Below, piece by piece: positions 1 through 11,400 of a DNA stretch of 64,000 nt; within the stretch, counting starts at the first letter, position 1; every line of letters begins with the position of its first letter. Source of the DNA: a virus (taxonomy: Duplodnaviria; Heunggongvirae; Uroviricota; Caudoviricetes). The notes under the pieces are model-generated. The model worked only from the letters and a program-made list of their open reading frames with translations, had not been told where the DNA came from and ran no database searches. A program made the translations under genes and the position numbers. The stretch lies in IMG/VR virus record IMGVR_UViG_3300015177_000008, positions 1-64,000 of that record; one strand, given 5' to 3'.

Positions 1-1651
1 CGCCTGTCATATTAATTTCAAGCGTTTGTGTATCAATATACGCATCACCAAGAAAAGTTGTTGCGCTACCGTCATATTTATCAAACCGGATACGCAACCT
101 TACCTGCAGTTCTGTTTTAAAACGACATGAGGTTGTCACGTATTTATTATCGCCTGAGACATCAACTGACTTTGTTGCAGCAATTGATGCCATATTAATG
201 GCTGAGGTTTGCCCAATCAGAGAATCGTTACAGACAAACTTTCCATAGGTAAAACCAAAACTATCCGTCCCGGTTTCGGGAACATCCATATTTGACGATC
301 GCCCCCAACTGGCAGGGTTTTCCGAATTGAGCATGTAGTTCGTTCTTTGCCCCTCAATAAGCAGGCCATCACGTTCAAACCGTGGCTCGTCAATGGCAGC
401 CTCTGTCAGCACACCAGATTTATTAATATAGGTTGCTTTCGATGCGCGTTTAAACTTAACAACCTTGTCACCAGGCATCGTTATTTCGTCGTCACCAATA
501 ACAATCTTTTTATATGATGGCGAAAAGCCCGTAATCATATCCAGTGAATCGTTAAACGGTATCCACACATCAGGCAGTGGCTGTAAGACATATTTATACG
601 GCTCTGCTGCCTGACTTGCATACTCTCTGGCTGCGTCTTCACTTGCTTTAGCTGCTGTCTGGCTTGCTGCCGATGCTTGCGCCGAGTTCGCCGCCGCAGT
701 CTCGCTCGCCTTTGCGTTGGTTTCACTGGTTTTTGCTGCTTTTTGACTGTTAGCTGATGCAGTGGCAGAAGCAGCCGCCGCGCTTGCAGAACTGGCTGCG
801 GCACTCTCGCTTTGGGCCGCTGCATCCTGACTGCTTTTCGCCGCAGTTTCGCTGGCTTTAGCATTCGTTTCGCTGGTCTTCGCTGCCGTCTGGCTGGACT
901 TTGCGTTAGTTTCGCTCGTCTTCGCGGCTTTCTGGCTGTTAGCCGCAGCAGTTGCTGATCCAGCTGCTGAAGTCGCAGAACCAGCTGCAGCACTCTCGCT
1001 TTCGGCTGCTGCATCCTGGCTGTTTTTTGCTGCGGTAGCGGAGTTGGCGGCAGCACTCTGACTCGATTTTGCAGCTACCTCGCTATTTTTCGCATTAGTT
1101 TCGCTGGTCTTTGAAGCTGTCTCACTCGCTTTTGAGTTAGTTTCTGATTTTTTGGCCGCTGTTGCGCTCGCTGCCGCCTCTTTAGCTTTTTGTGCAGCGG
1201 TGTTAATTATGGGAGTATTTTCTTTATACCATTCTAGGTTCTCATTGTGCTCATTAACGATCTGCGTAAGGGATTTTACGGTTAATTCCGTGCCATCTTC
1301 ACGCTCAATTGTTATTTCATCCACAGCAGTCAGCCAACTACGCATCATTTTTGAATCGGCTGACATGCGAGACATAAGCGCAGTAAAACGAGCACTAAAT
1401 TGGGTCAAATCACCTTCATAGGTCGTAATTATTCTGCACGGAACATTTGTTTGGGTGCTGCCACCGTAGGCTTCAACAAGAGTTAACGAAGTGTCACTCT
1501 CGATTGATTTTATTTCATATAACTTATTATCGGGGCCAATCAATATCATACCTGGAAGGACGCCGTTCGCCGTCACTCCCCAGGCTGTGCCTGTTCCCAC
1601 TACAGTTTTATTTCCTTTAGTGAGATTTATTGTACCTTCCCTGTACCACAT
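1..1651 (-). CDS. side tail fibre protein (Stf-like), N-terminal ~550 aa; gene continues beyond window start
   Basis: Open frame read by eye from ATG at 1649-1651 (MWYREGTINLTKGNKTVVGTG...) through position 2 with no stop; Ala/Ser-rich AAKTSETNAK-type repeats typical of lambda-family Stf; lies downstream of J. Absent from ORF track because it is truncated by the window edge. Confidence 0.6.
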   Translation of the reverse strand, partial: MWYREGTINLTKGNKTVVGTGTAWGVTANGVLPGMILIGPDNKLYEIKSIESDTSLTLVEAYGGSTQTNVPCRIITTYEGDLTQFSARFTALMSRMSADSKMMRSWLTAVDEITIEREDGTELTVKSLTQIVNEHNENLEWYKENTPIINTAAQKAKEAAASATAAKKSETNSKASETASKTSETNAKNSEVAAKSSQSAAANSATAAKNSQDAAAESESAAAGSATSAAGSATAAANSQKAAKTSETNAKSSQTAAKTSETNAKASETAAKSSQDAAAQSESAAASSASAAAASATASANSQKAAKTSETNAKASETAAANSAQASAASQTAAKASEDAAREYASQAAEPYKYVLQPLPDVWIPFNDSLDMITGFSPSYKKIVIGDDEITMPGDKVVKFKRASKATYINKSGVLTEAAIDEPRFERDGLLIEGQRTNYMLNSENPASWGRSSNMDVPETGTDSFGFTYGKFVCNDSLIGQTSAINMASIAATKSVDVSGDNKYVTTSCRFKTELQVRLRIRFDKYDGSATTFLGDAYIDTQTLEINMTG

Positions 1652-1744
1652 TTATCCTTTGCTCCTAGATATGGTGGGCGTTCCATGCCCACCATTAAGT
1701 TAGTACCTACCTATTTTTACAGAAATGATTATTTTTTTCCACAA

Positions 1745-4700
1745 TCAAAGCTGACCAATCCTAACTCGAAGGACATTATTGTCATCATAAACGTCAATCC
1801 TCTGACCATTTATAACCAATCTCCCATTGCCGCCACTATTGCTGTTGATCTCAAGCGTTCCATTTTTACCAAATCGCCATCCGGCTCGTCCGCTTACGAA
1901 GTTTGTTGATTGCAAGTCACCTACCTTTGCATTTGTGATAGTACCATCCTTAATATACGCACCATTCATGTATGCAACGCTGTTTTCGATAACAAATGGT
2001 GTGGTGATCTTTCCGTTAACTGAGTTGACTAGACCAAATCGATCTGCTTGCACCAAAAACTGGGAAAGCCCCGTGGTGTCAATTCCAAGCGCAATACCTG
2101 CGACATATTTTTGCCCACCACTTGTTGACGTTTCCATCTTCAACGTCCACGCGGTTGAAACCTTTTTGTTAGTATCAGCAATAGCAGTTGCCTGCTCTTG
2201 AATTGTCGCTGTATTTCCATCAACTGATGCTTTTAAGGTGTCAATTCGTCCACTTAGAGCATTGTCGGCGTTTGTGCGCACAGTCGCCTCAGACGTAATC
2301 GCGGCATTAATATCTTTGCTCGTTTGCGCCTGTAGATTAGTGATACTAGAAGCCAAAGCCGAATCAGCGTCAGTTCTGGCTTTCGTCTCTTCTGCTACAG
2401 CCGCCTTAATATCTTTACCCGTCTGGCTCTTCAATGTGGTTATCTGTTGTGCTAAAGATTCATCAGCAGTTGCTCGGGCAATTTTTTCTTCAGATATAGC
2501 TGCACTAATATCGCCTTCAATTTTGGCTTGTAACGATAGTATTTCTTTTGAAAGTGCTTCATCGGCACTAGCTCGTGCCTCTTGTTCACTCACAATTGCG
2601 GCAGAAATATCATCGTTAATCTTTGATTCAAGTTTGGTGATTCTGCTTGCAATAGCATTATCAGCATCTACACGAGCCGTTGTTTCTTCAGTGATTGAAG
2701 CTCTGATATCCTCATTTATTTCAGCGCGAATTTCTTCCATTTTCGTAGCCATTGCAGATATATCGTCTGCAAAAGCCTTCTGAGTTGTGGTGATCTTCGC
2801 ATTACTCACCATCTGCTTGTGCTGATCTTCATCCTGACGCAAAGCAAGATCGATGTTTGTTTTAGCCAATGCCTCAATGTTTGTCGTAACTTCGGCACTA
2901 GAACGTTCAACTTCAGCCACGGTTTTTTTCATTTCTTCAATGGTGGCTAAACTGCTATCTACAGTTGACTTCATCGCCTCGATTTCTTTCGCGTTTGCCA
3001 AGTCACCCTCAACTCGTGCTTCACGCTCCTCCGCAATTAAAGCCGATGAATTGTCAAGTGCTGCATTTGCCGCCTCAACAGCTCCAGCTACAGCTTTACC
3101 CTGCTCTGATACAGTTTCCTGCAACTGAATTAAGGCAGCGTTAGAGTTTGCAACCTCCTTAAGTGCGTCTTCCACCTTGCTTACAGTACTGGAAACATCC
3201 GTTTTAAGATCGTTTTGAGCTTCTTCAAGCCGCCGATCTGTCTCTGTAAACTTGTCATCAAGGCTTTTCAGACTTTCATCCATCTGTTCATAGATGGAAT
3301 CCACCGCCTCCTGAGATACTTTTGAGTCGATTTCCTCAAGTAAAGCCTGGCCAAGTTCAGAAGACGTAATTTTGCCTGTCAGGAACGACAGTACATCGCG
3401 AGTTGTCGCCTCTGTCCCCAAGTTTGAGTTCGGAGGACTTAACATACCTCGCTTGTTCGATGCTCGAACCCAGTAATACCACGTTTCGCTATCCCCAAGA
3501 CCAGCATGTGTAAAGGTGGTGCTTGCAGACTCTGCGATCAGTTTCGCTGTATCCAGATTGTTGGTCTGGGATGCGTAAACATTAATGTGATCAAGGTCTA
3601 CCGAATCTGGATTAACCCAATTCAGTATCACATTACGATAGTCCCCAACGGCCGTTAATGACGTTGGGGCATCCGGCGGTGTCATTGTGCCCAGCACCTG
3701 ATAAACGGTACTGATAATCTCTGTTTTTTTACCGTTGAATGAAACCGCATACAGCTGGAAGTCGTAGCGTCCATTCTCCGCAACATTAACGATTTCGTAT
3801 TGCTCTTCGGTTACACGCGCCGATTGCCAGTTCGATACATTGTTTTCATCAGAACGTCGCCAACTGATCCAATACTCTGGAGATTTCCCTTCCCATGTTG
3901 CAGTCAGTTTTACTGACAGGTTGCCAGGGCTTGAGAGATAAGTCCCTTCGGTGATTTGCAAATTAGACGGCTTGGAGTAAGTCGGGTCCAATACCGTCGT
4001 ATTTTGCGGGATAAGCGTTGCACCATTGTCGATCGCCTCATATTTAGACGGATTGTTCTCAACAGCGGTGATGTCAAAGCTACCCGGCGTTTCCCCCTGC
4101 GCGATGTTAACGATGCGAACGCGCATAGGTTCGAGGTCTGGTTCTGTAATAGTCCAGACGCCGTTCAAAACAGGCGTTTCAGCCGAAGACAGGGCTTTTG
4201 AAAACGTAACTTTTGTTATATTTTCGCCAGTTTCAAGAACATCGCGTTCAACGATTTTGCCTTCCTGATTCAGTATTCGAATAAAGCAGCCGCCTTTGGC
4301 TAACGACACAGGCGCATCGAGTGTGACGCTGTTTTTGGTAAACGCCACAATTCGACCTGAGTTACGTTTGCCTGCGCGATATTTGTTCTGAATCAGAACG
4401 GTTTCACCAGGCATCAGAAATGACGCGTCTAAGCCGGCAGTAAATGTAATTACATCCGACTCCATTCTGGCGGTATATAAAAGCCACAAACCAACTCGGT
4501 GAGCCTGCCCTCGGCTTGTACAGCCAAATGCTACGACTTCTGTTTTACGCTCACCATAACGGCGCATTGCGTCCTGATCTTCGACGTACTCGATGTTTTG
4601 CTTATAACCGTCCTCCTTGTTGTTGTAGGTTACGAGCGCAACGGATGGGCGATCTTTACGCGCAGAACCTTTATAGGTAAACAATCCATCTTTGACGTTG

Positions 4701-5911
4701 GAGTTGGTAAACATCATTACCGGATCTGATGGGCTATCCTGCATGATGTTAACCATCCCACCAGCCCAAAACACCATGCCGCGGAATGCTCCAGCAATAT
4801 CCTGAATTAGCCGGTATGCGTCCTGTCGACTGGTGATCTGCGTATTGATTACAAAGCGTTTCTCTTTGCCACCAAAGCCATCATCGACCTCTTCGTCACA
4901 ATATCGACCAATCTGGTACAACTGGCCAAGGTCAATCATAGATTCCGACACATACTGACCAAGGCCATATCGAGCATTGGTCAGCAAATCAAAGAGAATC
5001 CACGCGGGGTTCGAAGAAGACAACAGCTTAAAAGTACCATCCCATACCCCAGCGTAAGTGTTACTTGACTCGTTATAGTTTGAAGGTACTCGAATTTTTA
5101 GGCCACGCACCAGATAAGAGCGAGATGGCATGGTGCTGCCGAATTGCTCAGAGTTTACCTTCAATCCAACCAAAACAGAGTTTGGATAGTTCATCGGTGT
5201 ATCGACAATTTCCCCGATTGAATCCACCCATGTATCGTTATAGAGATACTGGCTACTGTTATCATCGGTAATACGGACTACACGAACCTTGTATGCGCGT
5301 CCAGGCTTAGGCAGCTTCAGCTCGTAGCTACGGTAATAAACGCCGGTCTTCTTTGCTGTTAGCTTAATGCCAACGCTTTTTTCACCTTCCGCGACCACAT
5401 CTACAAATGTTGAGTCGCCATTTGCTATCTGGAACTTGTACTCAACAGTCGTACCGTTCGTGTCACCAGTTTTTTTATCTATGCTTCGCAAAGAAGGAAA
5501 CTTCATGATGACACGAACCCGATCAGCTTCATCGTTATCGATTGAAACCGTTACATAATGTGTTTTTTTTAACTGGATATTGACGGATTTAGGCGTTTCA
5601 ACGAAATCAAAGCCAGACATTGGAGTCTGGTCTTGTGAACCGTCGCGAAAATCCCATGTGATTCCGCTGAAGTTGGAGGAACCGTCTTCATTTACAATCG
5701 GCAGATCGTCGATAAAAATAGATCTTGCGCCATTTACTAAGCCGCCAATTACCCCTTCCCCAAGAAGATCGAGGATAGCGGCCATTGCACGAGAATTTAC
5801 GGTATCGTCGGCTTCAACCGGTGTACGACTGGAGCTTTTGCTGCTTTTTTTACCACCCGCACCGGCAATAAACAGCGGTAGCTTTTTCTTCTTGAACTGT
5901 TCCATGTTCAA
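1745..5911 (-). CDS. tail tip / host specificity protein (lambda J-like central tail fibre)
   Basis: 1388 aa, matches my recollection of lambda J family; C-terminal coiled-coil repeats; position after the I/K/L/M genes. Confidence 0.85.
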   Translation of the reverse strand: MNMEQFKKKKLPLFIAGAGGKKSSKSSSRTPVEADDTVNSRAMAAILDLLGEGVIGGLVNGARSIFIDDLPIVNEDGSSNFSGITWDFRDGSQDQTPMSGFDFVETPKSVNIQLKKTHYVTVSIDNDEADRVRVIMKFPSLRSIDKKTGDTNGTTVEYKFQIANGDSTFVDVVAEGEKSVGIKLTAKKTGVYYRSYELKLPKPGRAYKVRVVRITDDNSSQYLYNDTWVDSIGEIVDTPMNYPNSVLVGLKVNSEQFGSTMPSRSYLVRGLKIRVPSNYNESSNTYAGVWDGTFKLLSSSNPAWILFDLLTNARYGLGQYVSESMIDLGQLYQIGRYCDEEVDDGFGGKEKRFVINTQITSRQDAYRLIQDIAGAFRGMVFWAGGMVNIMQDSPSDPVMMFTNSNVKDGLFTYKGSARKDRPSVALVTYNNKEDGYKQNIEYVEDQDAMRRYGERKTEVVAFGCTSRGQAHRVGLWLLYTARMESDVITFTAGLDASFLMPGETVLIQNKYRAGKRNSGRIVAFTKNSVTLDAPVSLAKGGCFIRILNQEGKIVERDVLETGENITKVTFSKALSSAETPVLNGVWTITEPDLEPMRVRIVNIAQGETPGSFDITAVENNPSKYEAIDNGATLIPQNTTVLDPTYSKPSNLQITEGTYLSSPGNLSVKLTATWEGKSPEYWISWRRSDENNVSNWQSARVTEEQYEIVNVAENGRYDFQLYAVSFNGKKTEIISTVYQVLGTMTPPDAPTSLTAVGDYRNVILNWVNPDSVDLDHINVYASQTNNLDTAKLIAESASTTFTHAGLGDSETWYYWVRASNKRGMLSPPNSNLGTEATTRDVLSFLTGKITSSELGQALLEEIDSKVSQEAVDSIYEQMDESLKSLDDKFTETDRRLEEAQNDLKTDVSSTVSKVEDALKEVANSNAALIQLQETVSEQGKAVAGAVEAANAALDNSSALIAEEREARVEGDLANAKEIEAMKSTVDSSLATIEEMKKTVAEVERSSAEVTTNIEALAKTNIDLALRQDEDQHKQMVSNAKITTTQKAFADDISAMATKMEEIRAEINEDIRASITEETTARVDADNAIASRITKLESKINDDISAAIVSEQEARASADEALSKEILSLQAKIEGDISAAISEEKIARATADESLAQQITTLKSQTGKDIKAAVAEETKARTDADSALASSITNLQAQTSKDINAAITSEATVRTNADNALSGRIDTLKASVDGNTATIQEQATAIADTNKKVSTAWTLKMETSTSGGQKYVAGIALGIDTTGLSQFLVQADRFGLVNSVNGKITTPFVIENSVAYMNGAYIKDGTITNAKVGDLQSTNFVSGRAGWRFGKNGTLEINSNSGGNGRLVINGQRIDVYDDNNVLRVRIGQL

Positions 5912-5922
5912 AAAATCCTTGT

Positions 5923-6516
5923 TTACATTAGCTGGTCAATCGTGATTGAAGAACTCACAACCTGTGAGCCAACCAGAATTTCCTCGCCATAGATAAGTTG
6001 TACTGGGTTGCCCTGGTTTTCTGTATTTTGAGGGCCGTCGAAATAATAAGAGTTCGAGTTATCTGCCTGTCTCACACTTTCGTTAGTGGCTTGCGGCGAT
6101 ATGATTTGTGATATGCCGCCCATCATCAGTGACAAACCGAGAGGTGCTAAAGCAGGCATCACTACCGCCGATACAACCAACAAAGCGGCCCCTACTACCG
6201 TCTGAAACCACCCAAAAGCAGATCCACCGCTTCCTCGCGGAACAGGTGTAATGCGGATTTTGGCAATGTTGTCAGACTGCCCCATCATCTGATATTCACT
6301 TTCGTCAACAGACCACTTGTGGCCCTGTTTATTGGTGATCTGGATGTGGTAACTGTCATAGGTTTTGATATTGCGCTTCATCCATGCTTTAAACCCAGGC
6401 TTGTTGGCTTCAATTAAATCCAGAGCCTGTTTTGTATTGCGCACCTTTAGATGCCAGTGGCGACCAAAATGTTTAGCCATAGGTCCGCCAAGCTGCACAT
6501 GAACTAACTCAGACAC
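5923..6516 (-). CDS. tail assembly protein I-like
   Basis: 197 aa, hydrophobic C-terminal segment; synteny between K and J. Confidence 0.65.
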   Translation of the reverse strand: MSELVHVQLGGPMAKHFGRHWHLKVRNTKQALDLIEANKPGFKAWMKRNIKTYDSYHIQITNKQGHKWSVDESEYQMMGQSDNIAKIRITPVPRGSGGSAFGWFQTVVGAALLVVSAVVMPALAPLGLSLMMGGISQIISPQATNESVRQADNSNSYYFDGPQNTENQGNPVQLIYGEEILVGSQVVSSSITIDQLM

Positions 6517-7328
6517 GTCTCATCTCCCTTGAGCAAGTCTCTGTGACGCAAGTGATGCGTCGTATGTTTCTGATACATTCCGCCGTAATAAGCACGACAA
6601 CTAAGACGGTCGATCTGGTGATGAAGAATCATTCCATCGCCGATATAAACCGCGCAGTGATCTGGCATTTTCCCGTATTGAATAAAGAAGACGTCCCCAC
6701 GTTGAGGCTCTGTTCCAGGCGCAAGCCGTACCAACCCTTCGTTTCGGTAGTTCTGGTCGAGAATGTCGTTATCGCCGGTGTACCACGATGGAATATGCAG
6801 GTGTGCGTTCGGGTTAAGCTCGACGTTAAACTCACGCTTCAAATAGTCCCGACACAACATCCAGCAATCGAATACGCCAAATACATACGGTCTACCCAGG
6901 TATGGCATTTCGAAACCATCAGGTGTGATCACATTCATCTCGCTAAAATGGAAAGGGGCATCTCCCTCAACATTCTTGCGAATAGCCAGAATCATCCACG
7001 GAACTTCCGTCGCTTCACAGCCTGCACGATCGGCATCAGATGCTTCTGCTGATTCATCAGTATGTGAATGCCAGATTGCGATAACATCACCCGCATCCTC
7101 TGCCGCCATAATGTCGTCAACGTGCATTACAAAAGTGTTCTGCGGGTTCTCCGATACATTCCGCGCTTCCATAAAGCGATATTTGTCGCCATTAGTTCTA
7201 ACCAGAAAGCCACACGCTTCATTAGGGTAGCGATTTATGGCGCAGAGATAGATTTGCTGCATAACGTCAGAGCCAAGCTCAGGGATTGCTTTATTACCCA
7301 TATCGCGTAGCTCCAATAAACCCGCCAA
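6504..7328 (-). CDS. tail assembly protein K-like (JAB/MPN plus NlpC/P60-type domains)
   Basis: HSH..D metal-site and C/H peptidase-like motifs (AIWHSHT, NEACGF); synteny; true start may be the internal Met at about 7262. Confidence 0.65.
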   Translation of the reverse strand: MAGLLELRDMGNKAIPELGSDVMQQIYLCAINRYPNEACGFLVRTNGDKYRFMEARNVSENPQNTFVMHVDDIMAAEDAGDVIAIWHSHTDESAEASDADRAGCEATEVPWMILAIRKNVEGDAPFHFSEMNVITPDGFEMPYLGRPYVFGVFDCWMLCRDYLKREFNVELNPNAHLHIPSWYTGDNDILDQNYRNEGLVRLAPGTEPQRGDVFFIQYGKMPDHCAVYIGDGMILHHQIDRLSCRAYYGGMYQKHTTHHLRHRDLLKGDETCLS

Positions 7329-8025
7329 AATGGATCACTCCGTTGGCAAAATAATTCCGACGCGCATTACAGGCGTCATAACGTTTTGTGCAGTAATCAG
7401 CACCAGACATAGACGTCTGCTGGTTATTTTTGTCGAAATATGGACCGGTATAGCCGCATTCTGGCCCTCGGTATTTCCACGGGCAGGTGTTTTTAATGAT
7501 CTGACGATACGGCAGTTGCACCCCCATCAAATCGAACACACTGGACAATTCAAACTCGACAACCTGATGAGTTTCGAGAGTTTTCTGTTCGATAAACCAC
7601 ATTTCATCCGGGAAATGTTGGTTTGGATCTGCTGTTGGGTTGCCGTCTTTAAAATTAACGGCATCGAGGAAGCGAGCCAGCGTCATCTTGCGAATAATGC
7701 GGCAGCCAACAAGATCGTCGTTTGCCTGAACTTCCGCAGAGACGGTTCCGGCAAAGTTCGACACCTGAATTTTTGGACGTGGCAACGTTCCCTGGCCCGT
7801 TTTGTCAAAACCTGATGCTTTGATTGGCCACGGCTCATATGTCACTCCTTGCCAGACGACCGGTTGCATCAGTTCGTTTGTTCCGGCGTGGAAGAATAGC
7901 TTCCCCCCTGAAGTTGTGTTCGACATATCCAGTACGAACAACTCAATGAGTGCAGAGGGAGATAAGCTCTGAATATCAGCTTTAATTCCCATTGTTTCAT
8001 CCTTGAAATAAGTAGGCGCTAACAT
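7294..8025 (-). CDS. minor tail protein L
   Basis: Matches lambda L from memory (VTWQG..Y.P.PI..SGF, NTC.W.YRG.ECGY); synteny. Confidence 0.8.
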   Translation of the reverse strand: MLAPTYFKDETMGIKADIQSLSPSALIELFVLDMSNTTSGGKLFFHAGTNELMQPVVWQGVTYEPWPIKASGFDKTGQGTLPRPKIQVSNFAGTVSAEVQANDDLVGCRIIRKMTLARFLDAVNFKDGNPTADPNQHFPDEMWFIEQKTLETHQVVEFELSSVFDLMGVQLPYRQIIKNTCPWKYRGPECGYTGPYFDKNNQQTSMSGADYCTKRYDACNARRNYFANGVIHFGGFIGATRYG

Positions 8026-8074
8026 CCTGTCAGCGCCACAATAATAGTAAATTAGTACTTACTTATCAAGGTGC

Positions 8075-8410
8075 TTAAGCCTCAAATACTTGTCTGAATG
8101 GAGCGGTTAATACTGCGTACCCTTGATATCGCTTGACCGTATGACTGTCGCATACAACTACAATCCGTTTTCCTCTTGGATTAACCCAATAGAACGACTC
8201 AACACCTGCTCGCTCAGTCAGGAAGTCATCGATTGCATTAATTTCGTTGTATGATCTGGTAAAGGTTAACGACCATTCTTCTTTAATACGATTAAGACCT
8301 TGAGCCTGTCGCTGCTCGTAGTCATCACCAAAATTAAGTACCGTTACATTCGGTTTTACGCTTTTTTCAGATTCGTAATCTGGATACCAATTAAACGTTT
8401 GTCTTTCCAT
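8075..8410 (-). CDS. minor tail protein M
   Basis: 111 aa, lambda M-like size and position between tape measure and L. Confidence 0.7.
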   Translation of the reverse strand: MERQTFNWYPDYESEKSVKPNVTVLNFGDDYEQRQAQGLNRIKEEWSLTFTRSYNEINAIDDFLTERAGVESFYWVNPRGKRIVVVCDSHTVKRYQGYAVLTAPFRQVFEA

Positions 8411-8452
8411 CTCACATCCTTGTGAGACAGCCCCGACCGGGGCAGTCGATAG

Positions 8453-11400
8453 TTAGTTACGTTGAGTGTTTGGGTTGAGTGATCCGCCAGGGCGTTTTTC
8501 TTGAGCGATAGTCTCAAGTACGACGGCTTTCACCCGTTTAGCAGCATTGTTCCATATGCTTTCTGTATCGCCGGATTCTGTCGTGCTACCGTCACTATGG
8601 ACGTTGATCTCAATTGATACAGGAGAAAGAACATTTCCGCCTCCACTCATACCATCGGTACTGAGCGTTACAGGGATTGTTCGGCCATCAGGCAATGGAA
8701 CATACGCCTCATTCATAGAACCTTCCCCAAACAACGCTAATTGAGGCGAGTTAGCAATACCGCCTTTCTGGTATGCCCGGAGCGGGATCACGCCGTCTTT
8801 TCCGAATATTCCTCCATTTGCAAACTTCGGGATTGCAGGAATGCCTTTAGTTCCGTCAGCCACACTGCTAGTTGCGGTTTTAGCAGAGCTTGATGTCACG
8901 CTGTCGAAACCACCGCCAGCCCAAGCTGAAACAAGACCAGATGCAACCGTTGCTCCAAAACTCAACCACTTATTACCAGAGCCGGAAGCATTAGCTCCAA
9001 GCATTGCAAACGCGGCAGACAGCGCGCCGGTAACAGAGCTGAGGTTCTGCATCGAAAAGATGGAGTCCTTCACGGCTTTTGTCTCGGCATCTTTGGCTTC
9101 AGTGCTATCAAATAGCCCTGATACCCAGCTACCAATCGCATTTGTTGCAGTGCCAATTGCGCTGGTGGTCTGCTGTGTTGTTTGCCCCAATCCAGTTACC
9201 GAACTGGACGTCTCCTTCGTGGCTTCTCCTACCGACTTGTCGCCGTTAACAGTGTTGCCCATTCGTACCCCTTGATTGGCAACGGCGGAAGCAACCCCGG
9301 TCAGCAAATTACCACTCTGTGAACTACCAGCTGCGGTGGTTCCCATCCCCAACATGTTCATTAGAGGCAGCGTGATCTGCGACTTCACGACCATATTGGT
9401 GATATCTTTCAAAATGGACTGAGATAGGCTGGAGAAGCTCATCTTCCCGTTAATAACGAAATCAGTCAGGACATCAGTTAAGCCACTAAACAAATCAGTC
9501 CAGGTGCTTTCGATCTGCTCTGCCAAGTTTTCGTATTCCAGTGCCAACTTCTGCGTCGCAGTCCCCGTCTCTTTAATAAGCGCGGTATTGCCAGCAGCAA
9601 TCAGTTGATTGATTTTCTTTGTATAAAGCGCCACAACTTTAGGATCAGACGCCTCATCACGAAGTTCTATCAACGCTTTGAGATTGCGGTTGTAAGTGTC
9701 TTCGAAATCAGCAACTTTCTCTTCACGAGACGGCGTATAGCCAGCACTAATAATGGAATCCGCCTCCGGTGCCCAAGTGGAGATCATCTGCTCAACATTG
9801 CGGCGATTAAACATCTCGCGATATTCAGGTGTCGCATTTTTGAGGTCTTCAAGACGTTTTTTCGCCTTGTCGATCATCTCTTGAGTGATGAACTCGTTAG
9901 GAACCGCATTAGCCAAATCTGTCAGCGATTTCGTTGTATCGCGAAGAGACTGATCAAACGATACCGTAGCCTTAGAGCTTTCACCCATTTGCCCCATAAG
10001 CTGATCGGCTTTATCCAGAGACTTCTGATATCCGGCCGCCAGTTTCTGTTGCGCTGCCTGTTCTTTCTTGGCCGCACGCTGCGAGGCGTTAGCTGATCGT
10101 TGGGCTGCTTTCTCGGCAGCTGCTGCATCCTGTTCACGAGCTTTAGTCAGTGCAGCAATGGCTGCGGCACGCTCTTCATCGCTCATTTTCTCCAGAGAGC
10201 TGGCGCTGGATGCTTTCTGCAAATTAAGCTGCGTCTTGAGTTGTTTAGGCCCAATAATCGGCTTACCTTCGAAGTCCATCATCGGAGTGCCGTCAGGCAG
10301 AGTACGCTGATAAGTCGCAGAATCCATCTGGTTTCGCATATATTGCGCCAGCGCCTTCTGAGCTGCTTTATCAGTTGTACCTAACCCCAGAACATCTCCA
10401 TTGATTGACACTAAGCCATTACCACTTTTGGCCGCGTTATCCCTCTTAAACTCTGCCTGAGTCAGTTCCTGAGCAACGACTTCCAAATGCTCCTGATAGC
10501 CACGAATACTTCCTTGCAGTTTCTGAATCTGCTCGGTATTTCCTTCCTTTTTCGCTTTTTCAAGCTGATCATTAAGAGTCGCGATTTGCTTCTCGGTCGC
10601 ATTCTTACGAGAAGAAAGTGAATCAACCAGTTTTTGCGCAGGCTCCAGATAGCTTTTGTTTACCGTTTCACGTAACGGTGCCAATAGCTTGTTCTTTTCG
10701 TCATCCGAAAGTGAACCGTCATCCTTGATTTTCTGGATTTTCTCCAGAGCCTCCTGACGAGCTTTCACGAACGTTGCCGCAAAGTCTCTATTCTCTTCGA
10801 GTATTTTCTCTATCTGGGATTCTGCCGTCTCTTTTGCCAGACGTTTGGCTACAGCCAAATCCCCTCTGGCAATAGTTTCATTGGTTTCATCGCGTTTCTT
10901 ACGAAGTTCATTTAGCTCATTTTCTATTCGCTTACGTTCATCATGATTAATCTTTACTGTAGTTCCGGTCATACCCGGCCCATAAACCACCTTTTCGCCA
11001 GATTTTAACTCTTGTTCCTTTTGCGTGATTTGTTGCTCAAGACGCGCTTTATACTCGGCCATCTGTGCACGTTTAGCCGCCGTCATCGCTTCTGGTATTT
11101 TCCTAATCTCGTCAACGACCTTTGAAGTTTCGCTACGAAGCATGGTCATATACGTGATTAAGCCAGCAACAGCGGTCATTGCAGCAGTGAAAACAAAACC
11201 TATCGGATTCGCCGCAATAAACGCAGTCAGGCCAGCAAAAGCGCCTTTAAGCCCCGTAATCGCCCCACGGATGGCGAAAATAAGAGAGGGGATCGGAGCC
11301 AGCCCCATACGTGCCGCACGATTGAATCGAGTTACTGCTGTAGCGCCGAGGTTAAATGGAGTCTGTATGGCGGTCGCCATCGTGGCAAAGGTGCTAACCA

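Noticed and set aside
535-1056. 173-aa Arg/Gln/Lys-rich minus-strand ORF in the ORF track
   Set aside because: It is an alternative frame through the repetitive part of the side tail fibre gene; the Stf frame is continuous from 1651 to the window edge.
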